Source: Eledone cirrhosa (lineage: Eukaryota). From it: a stretch of DNA of 64,000 bases. Shown here piece by piece: positions 13,957-27,814 of the stretch; positions within the stretch are counted from its first letter, which is position 1; every line of letters begins with the position of its first letter. A program made the translations under genes and the position numbers. The notes beneath the pieces were generated by a model that ran no database searches, had not been told where the DNA came from, and saw only the letters and a program-made list of their open reading frames with translations. The stretch spans positions 14,074,001 through 14,138,000 of the forward strand of contig OZ024752.1 of NCBI GenBank assembly GCA_964016885.1, given 5' to 3'.

Positions 13957-14219
13957 GTATATATATGTATATATATATATATGTATATATATGTATACGT
14001 ATATATATGTATATATATATATATGTATATATATGTATATATATATATATATGTATATATATGTATATATATGTATATGTATATATATGTATATATATGT
14101 ATATATATATATATATGTATATATATGTATATATATATGTATATGTATATAAATATATATATATGTATATGTATATATATGTATATATATGTATATATAT
14201 ATATATATGTATATATATG

Positions 14220-14256
<37 letters not shown>

Positions 14257-14437
14257 GTATATGTATATATATATATGTATATGTATATATATATGTATAT
14301 ATGTATCTGTATATATATATATATGTATATGTATATATATATGTATATGTATATATATATGTATATGTATATATATATGTATATATATATATGTATATGT
14401 ATATATATATGTATATATATATGTATATATATATTAT

Positions 14438-15047
14438 GGTCAGGTCACCAGTTGGTGCTACTGGTAACATGTATCCCAGTACAACCTGTCTCATGGTCGG
14501 GTCGTTGGCGACTAAACTGGCAACCCCACCAAGGTTTCTTGGTGAGGAGGGTGACTTTGGACATCCTGCAGGACTAAAAACAAAACCTGTCAAAGGGCAA
14601 AGGAGCTCTTAAGAGTCAATGGCCATCCAAAATCACCGGGAGAGATGACCCCTTAGCCTTTGTCAAGGCAGAATTCTAGGAGAAGGAAAACTCTGATATA
14701 ACACCTGCAACTCTGATGGTATCCAATGATGTTGACTTGTTCTTCTTTTTGGTAAATATCATCTTGGTTAAGAGAGTGGGACTGGCTTTGTGCAGTGCCT
14801 TTGCTCACTATAAAAGCTTCACGGCACAGGCATTGCTTTATATCTGGAGAGATCTCTGCACTTGTTGTCACGTGGTACCATGGGCCCAGCACTGTGTGTC
14901 AATAATTGTCACAGGTGTAGTGTTTGTACCAGAGTTTTCAAATCGCTGGCTGGACTAAAAAGTCACACTCGTTCAGCGCATCGGTAGGGGTTCTCCTACA
15001 TGGATATAAAGTAGTGGCCGTATTCGAAAACGAGTTGGCAGCCACCA
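14438..15047 (+). mobile_element. About 608-bp RTE-related non-coding element, copy 3
   Basis: Near-identical to 10434-11044. Confidence 0.65.
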
Positions 15048-15065
15048 TATATATATATATGTATA

Positions 15066-15164
<99 letters not shown>

Positions 15165-15291
15165 GTATGTATATATATATGTATATGTAAATATATATAT
15201 GTATATATATATATGTATTTATATATATATGTATATATATGTATATGTATATATATATATGTATATATATGTATATGTATATATATATATG

Positions 15292-15357
<66 letters not shown>

Positions 15358-15373
15358 TATCTATATATATATG

Positions 15374-15404
<31 letters not shown>

Positions 15405-15488
15405 GTATATATATATATGTTTATATATATATATAAGATGTATATATATATATGTATATATATATATATGTATATATAGATATATATG

Positions 15489-15520
<32 letters not shown>

Positions 15521-15601
15521 TGTGTATATATGTATATAAATATATATATGTGTATATATGTATATGTATATATATATATATCTGTATATATATATATATA
15601 T

Positions 15602-16157
15602 ATAAAATATTAAAAAAATAATGAATAAAACAATGAAACAGTTCCTTATATTAAACAAAAAAAGTTCATTATTTAACGATCGTTTCTAGGATATATATGT
15701 GTTAGAATTGGCATGCATATTCAACAGATCTATGTACAAAATTATACAAAATTATACAAACTATCAAAATTAAATATACATACCAAACACATATATATGC
15801 CGTCTTCAGAAATAATTTCTGAAGACGGCATATATATGTGTTTGGTATGTATATTTAATTTTGATAGTTTGTATAATTTTGTATAATTTTGTACATAGAT
15901 CTGTTGAATATGCATGCCAATTCTAACACATATATATCCTAGAAACGATCGTTAAATAATGAACTTTTTTTGTTTAATATAAGGAACTGTTTCATTGTTT
16001 TATTCATTATTTTTTTAATATTTTATCTTGACTCTGTATTCCGTTTATCTTTCACCGTAAGTGATTTTTCATTGCATCTCTTCTTTCCATGATATCCGGA
16101 TTACATTGAGTTCTTCATACGGATTGGACACTACCGTAAACTCTTGGTAGATTTATC

Positions 16158-16160
<3 letters not shown>
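15602..16160. mobile_element. Fold-back HHR element with a perfect 212-bp-arm palindrome centred on 15814
   Basis: 15602-16026 is self-complementary; right arm extends to 16160; (TA)n flanks. Confidence 0.85.
15668..15816 (-). ncRNA. Type I hammerhead with long stem II (mirror copy on + at 15815-15960)
   Basis: ATTATTT-CTGAAGA-[about 115-nt stem II]-GAAA-CGATCG-TT-AAATAAT. Confidence 0.65.
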
Positions 16161-16204
<44 letters not shown>

Positions 16205-16457
16205 ATATATGTATATGTATATATATATATGTGTATATATATTTATATATATATATGTGTGTATATATGTATATGTATATATATATATGTATGTATATAT
16301 ATATATGTATATATATATATGTATATATATATATGTATATATATGTATATATATATATGTATATATATATATGTATATATATATATGTATATATATATAT
16401 GTATATATATGTATATATATATATGTATATATATGTGTATATATGTATATGTATATG

Positions 16458-16488
<31 letters not shown>

Positions 16489-16553
16489 GTATATATATAT
16501 ATGTATATATATGTGTATATATATATATATATGTATATATATGTATACGTATA

Positions 16554-16591
<38 letters not shown>

Positions 16592-16657
16592 GAAGAGAGA
16601 AGAAACATTTAGATATAATTAGTAATAAAATGTATCATACCTAAACTGCTCCTAAAT

Positions 16658-16745
16658 TCCTCGACTACGTAGTTTCGTGGCATAAACAAAAACAATATAT
16701 CAAAGATATAGAGTCCTTGCGAGGTCTGCCAACTTATCAAGAGGA
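16658..16745 (-). ncRNA. Variant type I hammerhead; further minus copies start at 17249, 17840, 18431, 19022, 19613
   Basis: Reverse complement of 20137-20224. Confidence 0.75.
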
Positions 16746-19700
16746 TACCTCATTTTACTAGTCTCAAGAACGCGTCTACACGACGTGAGAAAGAATCCCA
16801 AAAGGCGGAGGGGGAGATAGTCACGCGATATAACGGTCGAGAAACAGAGCTAAGCCTCTTATAACCACGAAGAAAATACCACAGAGGCGGAGGGGGTATT
16901 CATATCGAGGCCGTAGAAGAGGTAGTGAAGAAGGCGAGAAGTATGAGTAATGGAAGCTTTCCAGTTGTCCCCACACTTCAAAGATTGCTCGACCAGAGGG
17001 AGTTATTAATATATTTAGAAACACACAGATACATGCGGACACACACATATATACATGAATGCATACGCACCCAACTGTGAGTTAAGGGTGCCAACTTCAC
17101 CGATGTTGCTCAATGAATGACTGGGACAGACCAATTCAGTTTGAACCAGACTGAACCAGTATCAGAGTTAAAAATACATTATGAAGAGAGAAGAAACATT
17201 TAGATATAATTAGTAATAAAATGTATCATACCTAAACTGCTCCTAAATTCCTCGACTACGTAGTTTCGTGGCATAAACAAAAACAATATATCAAAGATAT
17301 AGAGTCCTTGCGAGGTCTGCCAACTTATCAAGAGGATACCTCATTTTACTAGTCTCAAGAACGCGTCTACACGACGTGAGAAAGAATCCCAAAAGGCGGA
17401 GGGGGAGATAGTCACGCGATATAACGGTCGAGAAACAGAGCTAAGCCTCTTATAACCACGAAGAAAATACCACGGAGGCGGAGGGGGTATTCATATCGAG
17501 GCCGTAGAAGAGGTAGTGAAGAAGGCGAGAAGTATGAGTAATGGAAGCTTTCCAGTTGTCCCCACACTTCAAAGATTGCTCGACCAGAGGGAGTTATTAA
17601 TATATTTAGAAACACACAGATACATGCGGACACACACATATATACATGAATGCATACGCACCCAACTGTGAGTTAAGGGTGCCAACTTCACCGATGTTGC
17701 TCAATGAATGACTGGGACAGACCAATTCAGTTTGAACCAGACTGAACCAGTATCAGAGTTAAAAATACATTATGAAGAGAGAAGAAACATTTAGATATAA
17801 TTAGTAATAAAATGTATCATACCTAAACTGCTCCTAAATTCCTCGACTACGTAGTTTCGTGGCATAAACAAAAACAATATATCAAAGATATAGAGTCCTT
17901 GCGAGGTCTGCCAACTTATCAAGAGGATACCTCATTTTACTAGTCTCAAGAACGCGTCTACACGACGTGAGAAAGAATCCCAAAAGGCGGAGGGGGAGAT
18001 AGTCACGCGATATAACGGTCGAGAAACAGAGCTAAGCCTCTTATAACCACGAAGAAAATACCACGGAGGCGGAGGGGGTATTCATATCGAGGCCGTAGAA
18101 GAGGTAGTGAAGAAGGCGAGAAGTATGAGTAATGGAAGCTTTCCAGTTGTCCCCACACTTCAAAGATTGCTCGACCAGAGGGAGTTATTAATATATTTAG
18201 AAACACACAGATACATGCGGACACACACATATATACATGAATGCATACGCACCCAACTGTGAGTTAAGGGTGCCAACTTCACGGATGTTGCTCAATGAAT
18301 GACTGGGACAGACCAATTCAGTTTGAACCAGACTGAACCAGTATCAGAGTTAAAAATACATTATGAAGAGAGAAGAAACATTTAGATATAATTAGTAATA
18401 AAATGTATCATACCTAAACTGCTCCTAAATTCCTCGACTACGTAGTTTCGTGGCATAAACAAAAACAATATATCAAAGATATAGAGTCCTTGCGAGGTCT
18501 GCCAACTTATCAAGAGGATACCTCATTTTACTAGTCTCAAGAACGCGTCTACACGACGTGAGAAAGAATCCCAAAAGGCGGAGGGGGAGATAGTCACGCG
18601 ATATAACGGTCGAGAAACAGAGCTAAGCCTCTTATAACCACGAAGAAAATACCACGGAGGCGGAGGGGGTATTCATATCGAGGCCGTAGAAGAGGTAGTG
18701 AAGAAGGCGAGAAGTATGAGTAATGGAAGCTTTCCAGTTGTCCCCACACTTCAAAGATTGCTCGACCAGAGGGAGTTATTAATATATTTAGAAACACACA
18801 GATACATGCGGACACACACATATATACATGAATGCATACGCACCCAACTGTGAGTTAAGGGTGCCAACTTCACCGATGTTGCTCAATGAATGACTGGGAC
18901 AGACCAATTCAGTTTGAACCAGACTGAACCAGTATCAGAGTTAAAAATACATTATGAAGAGAGAAGAAACATTTAGATATAATTAGTAATAAAATGTATC
19001 ATACCTAAACTGCTCCTAAATTCCTCGACTACGTAGTTTCGTGGCATAAACAAAAACAATATATCAAAGATATAGAGTCCTTGCGAGGTCTGCCAACTTA
19101 TCAAGAGGATACCTCATTTTACTAGTCTCAAGAACGCGTCTACACGACGTGAGAAAGAATCCCAAAAGGCGGAGGGGGAGATAGTCACGCGATATAACGG
19201 TCGAGAAACAGAGCTAAGCCTCTTATAACCACGAAGAAAATACCACGGAGGCGGAGGGGGTATTCATATCGAGGCCGTAGAAGAGGTAGTGAAGAAGGCG
19301 AGAAGTATGAGTAATGGAAGCTTTCCAGTTGTCCCCACACTTCAAAGATTGCTCGACCAGAGGGAGTTATTAATATATTTAGAAACACACAGATACATGC
19401 GGACACACACATATATACATGAATGCATACGCACCCAACTGTGAGTTAAGGGTGCCGACTTCAACGATGTTGCTCAATGAATGACTGGGACAGACCAATT
19501 CAGTTTGAACCAGACTGAACCAGTATCAGAGTTAAAAATACATTATGAAGAGAGAAGAAACATTTAGATATAATTAGTAATAAAATGTATCATACCTAAA
19601 CTGCTCCTAAATTCCTCGACTACGTAGTTTCGTGGCATAAACAAAAACAATATATCAAAGATATAGAGTCATTGCGAGGTCTGCCAACTTATCAAGAGGA

Positions 19701-20136
19701 TACCTCATTTTACTAGTCTCAAGAACGCGTCTACACGACGTGAGAAAGAATCCCAAAAGGCGGAGGGGGAGATAGTCACGCGATATAACGGTCGAGAAAC
19801 AGAGCTAAGCCTCTTATAACCACGAAGAAAATACCACGGAGGCGGAGGGGGTATTCATATCGAGGCCGTAGAAGAGGTAGTGAAGAAGGCGAGAAGTATG
19901 AGTAATGGAAGCTTTCCAGTTGTCCCCACACTTCAAAGATTGCTCGACCAGAGGGAGTTATTAATATATTTAGAAACACACAGATACATGCGGACACACA
20001 CATATATACATGAATGCATACGCACCCAACTGTGAGTTAAGGGTGCCAACTTCACCGATGTTGCTCAATGAATGACTGGGACAGAACAATTCAGTTTGAA
20101 CCAGACTGAACCAGTATCAGAGTTAAAAATGAGGTA

Positions 20137-20224
20137 TCCTCTTGATAAGTTGGCAGACCTCGCAAGGACTCTATATCTTTGATATATTGTTTTTGTTTAT
20201 GCCACGAAACTACGTAGTCGAGGA
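20137..20224 (+). ncRNA. Variant type I hammerhead (U3-A8); further plus copies start at 20728, 21319, 21910, 22501, 23092, 23683, 24274
   Basis: TCCTC-TTGATAA-GTTGGCA..TGCCAC-GAAA-CTACGTAG-TC-GAGGA; predicted cut after 20219. Confidence 0.75.
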
Positions 20225-23200
20225 ATTTAGGAGCAGTTTAGGTATGATACATTTTATTACTAATTATATCTAAATGTTTCTTCTCTCTTCATAATGTATT
20301 TTTAACTCTGATACTGGTTCAGTCTGGTTCAAACTGAATTGGTCTGTCCCAGTCATTCATTGAGCAACATCGGTGAAGTTGGCACCCTTAACTCACAGTT
20401 GGGTGCGTATGCATTCATGTATATATGTGTGTGTCCGCATGTATCTGTGTGTTTCTAAATATATTAATAACTCCCTCTGGTCGAGCAATCTTTGAAGTGT
20501 GGGGACAACTGGAAAGCTTCCATTACTCATACTTCTCGCCTTCTTCACTACCTCTTCTACGGCCTCGATATGAATACCCCCTCCGCCTCCGTGGTATTTT
20601 CTTCGTGGTTATAAGAGGCTTAGCTCTGTTTCTCGACCGTTATATCGCGTGACTATCTCCCCCTCCGCCTTTTGGGATTCTTTCTCACGTCGTGTAGACG
20701 CGTTCTTGAGACTAGTAAAATGAGGTATCCTCTTGATAAGTTGGCAGACCTCGCAAGGACTCTATATCTTTGATATATTGTTTTTGTTTATGCCACGAAA
20801 CTACGTAGTCGAGGAATTTAGGAGCAGTTTAGGTATGATACATTTTATTACTAATTATATCTAAATGTTTCTTCTCTCTTCATAATGTATTTTTAACTCT
20901 GATACTGGTTCAGTCTGGTTCAAACTGAATTGGTCTGTCCCAGTCATTCATTGAGCAACATCGGTGAAGTTGGCACCCTTAACTCACAGTTGGGTGCGTA
21001 TGCATTCATGTATATATGTGTGTGTCCGCATGTATCTGTGTGTTTCTAAATATATTAATAACTCCCTCTGGTCGAGCAATCTTTGAAGTGTGGGGACAAC
21101 TGGAAAGCTTCCATTACTCATACTTCTCGCCTTCTTCACTACCTCTTCTACGGCCTCGATATGAATACCCCCTCCGCCTCCGTGGTATTTTCTTCGTGGT
21201 TATAAGAGGCTTAGCTCTGTTTCTCGACCGTTATATCGCGTGACTATCTCCCCCTCCGCCTTTTGGGATTCTTTCTCACGTCGTGTAGACGCGTTCTTGA
21301 GACTAGTAAAATGAGGTATCCTCTTGATAAGTTGGCAGACCTCGCAAGGACTCTATATCTTTGATATATTGTTTTTGTTTATGCCACGAAACTACGTAGT
21401 CGAGGAATTTAGGAGCAGTTTAGGTATGATACATTTTATTACTAATTATATCTAAATGTTTCTTCTCTCTTCATAATGTATTTTTAACTCTGATACTGGT
21501 TCAGTCTGGTTCAAACTGAATTGGTCTGTCCCAGTCATTCATTGAGCAACATCGGTGAAGTTGGCACCCTTAACTCACAGTTGGGTGCGTATGCATTCAT
21601 GTATATATGTGTGTGTCCGCATGTATCTGTGTGTTTCTAAATATATTAATAACTCCCTCTGGTCGAGCAATCTTTGAAGTGTGGGGACAACTGGAAAGCT
21701 TCCATTACTCATACTTCTCGCCTTCTTCACTACCTCTTCTACGGCCTCGATATGAATACCCCCTCCGCCTCCGTGGTATTTTCTTCGTGGTTATAAGAGG
21801 CTTAGCTCTGTTTCTCGACCGTTATATCGCGTGACTATCTCCCCCTCCGCCTTTTGGGATTCTTTCTCACGTCGTGTAGACGCGTTCTTGAGACTAGTAA
21901 AATGAGGTATCCTCTTGATAAGTTGGCAGACCTCGCAAGGACTCTATATCTTTGATATATTGTTTTTGTTTATGCCACGAAACTACGTAGTCGAAGAATT
22001 TAGGAGCAGTTTAGGTATGATACATTTTATTACTAATTATATCTAAATGTTTCTTCTCTCTTCATAATGTATTTTTAACTCTGATACTGGTTCAGTCTGG
22101 TTCAAACTGAATTGGTCTGTCCCAGTCATTCATTGAGCAACATCGGTGAAGTTGGCACCCTTAACTCACAGTTGGGTGCGTATGCATTCATGTATATATG
22201 TGTGTGTCCGCATGTATCTGTGTGTTTCTAAATATATTAATAACTCCCTCTGGTCGAGCAATCTTTGAAGTGTGGGGACAACTGGAAAGCTTCCATTACT
22301 CATACTTCTCGCCTTCTTCACTACCTCTTCTACGGCCTCGATATGAATACCCCCTCCGCCTCCGTGGTATTTTCTTCGTGGTTATAAGAGGCTTAGCTCT
22401 GTTTCTCGACCGTTATATCGCGTGACTATCTCCCCCTCCGCCTTTTGGGATTCTTTCTCACGTCGTGTAGACGCGTTCTTGAGACTAGTAAAATGAGGTA
22501 TCCTCTTGATAAGTTGGCAGACCTCGCAATGACTCTATATCTTTGATATATTGTTTTTGTTTATGCCACGAAACTACGTAGTCGAGGAATTTAGGAGCAG
22601 TTTAGGTATGATACATTTTATTACTAATTATATCTAAATGTTTCTTCTCTCTTCATAATGTATTTTTAACTCTGATACTGGTTCAGTCTGGTTCAAACTG
22701 AATTGGTCTGTCCCAGTCATTCATTGAGCAACATCGTTGAAGTCGGCACCCTTAACTCACAGTTGGGTGCGTATGCATTCATGTATATATGTGTGTGTCC
22801 GCATGTATCTGTGTGTTTCTAAATATATTAATAACTCCCTCTGGTCGAGCAATCTTTGAAGTGTGGGGACAACTGGAAAGCTTCCATTACTCATACTTCT
22901 CGCCTTCTTCACTACCTCTTCTACGGCCTCGATATGAATACCCCCTCCGCCTCCGTGGTATTTTCTTCGTGGTTATAAGAGGCTTAGCTCTGTTTCTCGA
23001 CCGTTATATCGCGTGACTATCTCCCCCTCCGCCTTTTGGGATTCTTTCTCACGTCGTGTAGACGCGTTCTTGAGACTAGTAAAATGAGGTATCCTCTTGA
23101 TAAGTTGGCAGACCTCGCAAGGACTCTATATCTTTGATATATTGTTTTTGTTTATGCCACGAAACTACGTAGTCGAGGAATTTAGGAGCAGTTTAGGTAT

Positions 23201-24595
23201 GATACATTTTATTACTAATTATATCTAAATGTTTCTTCTCTCTTCATAATGTATTTTTAACTCTGATACTGGTTCAGTCTGGTTCAAACTGAATTGGTCT
23301 GTCCCAGTCATTCATTGAGCAACATCGGTGAAGTTGGCACCCTTAACTCACAGTTGGGTGCGTATGCATTCATGTATATATGTGTGTGTCCGCATGTATC
23401 TGTGTGTTTCTAAATATATTAATAACTCCCTCTGGTCGAGCAATCTTTGAAGTGTGGGGACAACTGGAAAGCTTCCATTACTCATACTTCTCGCCTTCTT
23501 CACTACCTCTTCTACGGCCTCGATATGAATACCCCCTCCGCCTCCGTGGTATTTTCTTCGTGGTTATAAGAGGCTTAGCTCTGTTTCTCGACCGTTATAT
23601 CGCGTGACTATCTCCCCCTCCGCCTTTTGGGATTCTTTCTCACGTCGTGTAGACGCGTTCTTGAGACTAGTAAAATGAGGTATCCTCTTGATAAGTTGGC
23701 AGACCTCGCAAGGACTCTATATCTTTGATATATTGTTTTTGTTTATGCCACGAAACTACGTAGTCGAGGAATTTAGGAGCAGTTTAGGTATGATACATTT
23801 TATTACTAATTATATCTAAATGTTTCTTCTCTCTTCATAATGTATTTTTAACTCTGATACTGGTTCAGTCTGGTTCAAACTGAATTGGTCTGTCCCAGTC
23901 ATTCATTGAGCAACATCGGTGAAGTTGGCACCCTTAACTCACAGTTGGGTGCGTATGCATTCATGTATATATGTGTGTGTCCGCATGTATCTGTGTGTTT
24001 CTAAATATATTAATAACTCCCTCTGGTCGAGCAATCTTTGAAGTGTGGGGACAACTGGAAAGCTTCCATTACTCATACTTCTCGCCTTCTTCACTACCTC
24101 TTCTACGGCCTCGATATGAATACCCCCTCCGCCTCCGTGGTATTTTCTTCGTGGTTATAAGAGGCTTAGCTCTGTTTCTCGACCGTTATATCGCGTGACT
24201 ATCTCCCCCTCCGCCTTTTGGGATTCTTTCTCACGTCGTGTAGACGCGTTCTTGAGACTAGTAAAATGAGGTATCCTCTTGATAAGTTGGCAGACCTCGC
24301 AAGGACTCTATATCTTTGATATATTGTTTTTGTTTATGCCACGAAACTACGTAGTCGAAGAATTTAGGAGCAGTTTAGGTATGATACATTTTATTACTAA
24401 TTATATCTAAATGTTTCTTCTCTCTTCATAATGTATTTTTAACTCTGATACTGGTTCAGTCTGGTTCAAACTGAATTGGTCTGTCCCAGTCATTCATTGA
24501 GCAACATCGGTGAAGTTGGCACCCTTAACTCACATTTGGGTGCGTATGCATTCATGTATATATGTGTGTGTCCGCATGTATCTGTGTGTTTCTAA

Positions 24596-24601
<6 letters not shown>

Positions 24602-24631
<30 letters not shown>

Positions 24632-24687
24632 GTATATATATGTATATATATGTATATGTATATATATGTATATATATGTATATATAT

Positions 24688-24737
<50 letters not shown>

Positions 24738-24948
24738 GTATATATATGTATATATATATATATGTATATGTATATATATATATGTATATGTATATATATA
24801 TGTATATATGTATATGTATATATATATATGTATATGTATATATATATATGTATATGTATATATATATGTATATGTATATATATATGTATATATATATATG
24901 TATATGTATATATATATATGTATATATATGTATATGTATATATATATG

Positions 24949-24997
<49 letters not shown>

Positions 24998-25084
24998 GTA
25001 TATATATATATGTATATATAAATGTATGTATATATATATGTATATGTAAATATATATATGTATATATATATATGTATTTATATA

Positions 25085-25135
<51 letters not shown>

Positions 25136-25204
25136 GTATGTATATATATATATGTATATATAGATATATATGTATATATATATATGTATATATATATATG
25201 TGTA

Positions 25205-25241
<37 letters not shown>

Positions 25242-25289
25242 ATATATGTATATGTATATATATATATGTATATATATGTATATGTATAT

Positions 25290-25331
<42 letters not shown>

Positions 25332-25372
25332 GTATATATATATATGTATATATCTATATCTATATATATATG

Positions 25373-25403
<31 letters not shown>

Positions 25404-25404
25404 G

Positions 25405-25436
<32 letters not shown>

Positions 25437-25480
25437 TGTATATATATGTATATATATATATGTATATATAGATATATATG

Positions 25481-25511
<31 letters not shown>

Positions 25512-25516
25512 GTGTA

Positions 25517-25550
<34 letters not shown>

Positions 25551-25574
25551 TATATATGTATATGTATATATATA

Positions 25575-25619
<45 letters not shown>

Positions 25620-25642
25620 ATATATGTATATGTATATATATA

Positions 25643-25681
<39 letters not shown>

Positions 25682-25714
25682 ATATATGTATATGTATATA
25701 TATATATAGGTGTA

Positions 25715-25745
<31 letters not shown>

Positions 25746-25896
25746 ATGTATATATATATATGTATGTATATATATATATATGTATATATATATATGTATA
25801 TATATGTATATATATATATGTATATATATATATGTATATATATATATGTATATATATATATGTATATATATGTATATATATATGTATATATATGTG

Positions 25897-25929
<33 letters not shown>

Positions 25930-26581
25930 GTGTATATATATATATGTATATATATATATGTATATATATATGTGTATATATATATATGTGTATGTATATA
26001 TGTGTATATATATGTATATCTATATATGTATATGTATATATGTATATGTATATATATATATATGTATATGTATGTGTATATATATGTATATGTATATATA
26101 TATGTATATGTATATAAGTATATGTATATATATATATGTGTATATGTATGTGTATATATATGTATATGTATATATATATGTATATGTATATGTATATATA
26201 TATATGTATATATATATATGTATATGTATATATATATGTATATGTATATATATATGTATATGTATATATATATGTGTGTATATATATATATATGTATATA
26301 TATATATGTGTATATATATGTATATGTATGTATATATATATATATGTGTATATATATATATGTATATATATATGTGTATATATATATATATATGTATATG
26401 TATATATATGTGTATATATATGTATATGTATATACATATATGTATATATATATTCTGTACGTCTGTATATATATATATATATGTATATATATATACTGTA
26501 CGTCTGTATATATATATATATGTATATATATATATACTGTACGTCTGTATATTTATATGTATATATATGTATATATATCTG

Positions 26582-26615
<34 letters not shown>

Positions 26616-26638
26616 TATATACTGTACGTTTGTATATG

Positions 26639-26673
<35 letters not shown>

Positions 26674-26703
26674 GTGTATATATATATACATACTGTACGT
26701 CTG

Positions 26704-26760
<57 letters not shown>
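24602..26760. repeat. Giant (TA)n/(TATG) microsatellite; last 300 bp carry CTGTACGTCTG inserts
   Basis: Direct reading. Confidence 0.98.
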
Positions 26761-26763
<3 letters not shown>

Positions 26764-26764
26764 A

Positions 26765-27814
26765 ATGTGGAAGACATGGAAAAAATTCCTTAACATAAGA
26801 AAACAAAATTTCTGGAAAGCATACAGATGCGAAAAATATGTCGAAACACATTCGAAATGGCTCTCTCTAACGGCACCCATACTCCCTCGTAAATACCTAA
26901 TTACAGAAATTGCAGGAGAACCAGAAGAAGAAACAAAACTCCGATGGGAACTTACATTGACAAAATTCAGGACCGACATCTCCATTTCTGAATGTAAACA
27001 ATCCCGCTACAAAGCCAAATATGAACCTATTGATGACCAAATTGAAGTTGAAATTTCAAAGCTAACGACTGGTATTATAGCTGAAAAACTACGAGAACTA
27101 TGGATCGGAGATATCTCAAAAGAAGAAAACAAATCAAGAAAGGTATGGCAGCAGAAACAATTATTTCTCGATGAATATGCTGCAAATTACGGTAAAGACT
27201 CTGGAACCCTGAGAAAAAGCATTAAAAGTGGACAATCTCATCAACACAACATACGCCAGAACACGTGCCAACACAAACACTCACCTTACCTTGAATCAAA
27301 GAAGAACTACGGTAATAACTCTTCGCTTTTTCTACAAAAACACCCTATCGCACACAACATGAACAAAAAGCACAAACACGATAGGTATTCCTTTGACCAG
27401 ACCATGAGAAGTAGTAAAACCAGGAGATCATTCTCAAGATCTCAACAGAGACTACCAACAAGGAATGTGGAAACAAAACGTAGAATAACCAGATCACTCT
27501 CAAGATCTCAACAGAGATTGCCCACAAGAAACTGGACGAAAAAACGATCTAAACCTGAAAGCAAACCTAGGTCATTTTCCCAGATTGTTAAAAATAATGC
27601 TAACAGGAAGAAAAATAATATACAGAATACCAAAAATAGGACAAAATACATAACGAAACCAAATATAATATCACGACCAAAAGTTCATCAAGCGAACACC
27701 AACAGGAATATAAATCCTGAACAGAGAAAAATTCATTTTTTAACGTCAGGACAACAAAAACCGGAAAAAGAAAAACTCCAGGAGGAAACATACCCAAAAC
27801 AGCTGTACACGTAG
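26765..27814 (+). CDS. PLE upstream ORF (helical N-half, basic K/R/S/N-rich C-half), function unknown, possibly 5'-truncated
   Basis: 349 open codons in AT-rich DNA, contiguous with and overlapping the RT frame. Confidence 0.7.
   Translation: MWKTWKKFLNIRKQNFWKAYRCEKYVETHSKWLSLTAPILPRKYLITEIAGEPEEETKLRWELTLTKFRTDISISECKQSRYKAKYEPIDDQIEVEISKLTTGIIAEKLRELWIGDISKEENKSRKVWQQKQLFLDEYAANYGKDSGTLRKSIKSGQSHQHNIRQNTCQHKHSPYLESKKNYGNNSSLFLQKHPIAHNMNKKHKHDRYSFDQTMRSSKTRRSFSRSQQRLPTRNVETKRRITRSLSRSQQRLPTRNWTKKRSKPESKPRSFSQIVKNNANRKKNNIQNTKNRTKYITKPNIISRPKVHQANTNRNINPEQRKIHFLTSGQQKPEKEKLQEETYPKQLYT

Larger units (their letters stand above)
16588..24601. repeat. Palindromic tandem array of 591-bp hammerhead-bearing units (retrozyme-like)
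   Basis: Exact 591 period; 6.0 units in 16588-20130, then inversion at AAAAT (20126-20130) and about 7.6 units; only scattered SNPs; (TA)n flanks. Confidence 0.95.

Noticed and set aside
16821-24198. 75-aa ORF repeated in every 591-bp unit
   Set aside because: Starts in a TG/TA-rich patch, has no recognisable motif, and its recurrence only reflects unit identity
16588-24601. CRISPR array, or 5S/tRNA/snRNA gene cluster
   Set aside because: No unique spacers and no recognisable RNA gene in the unit
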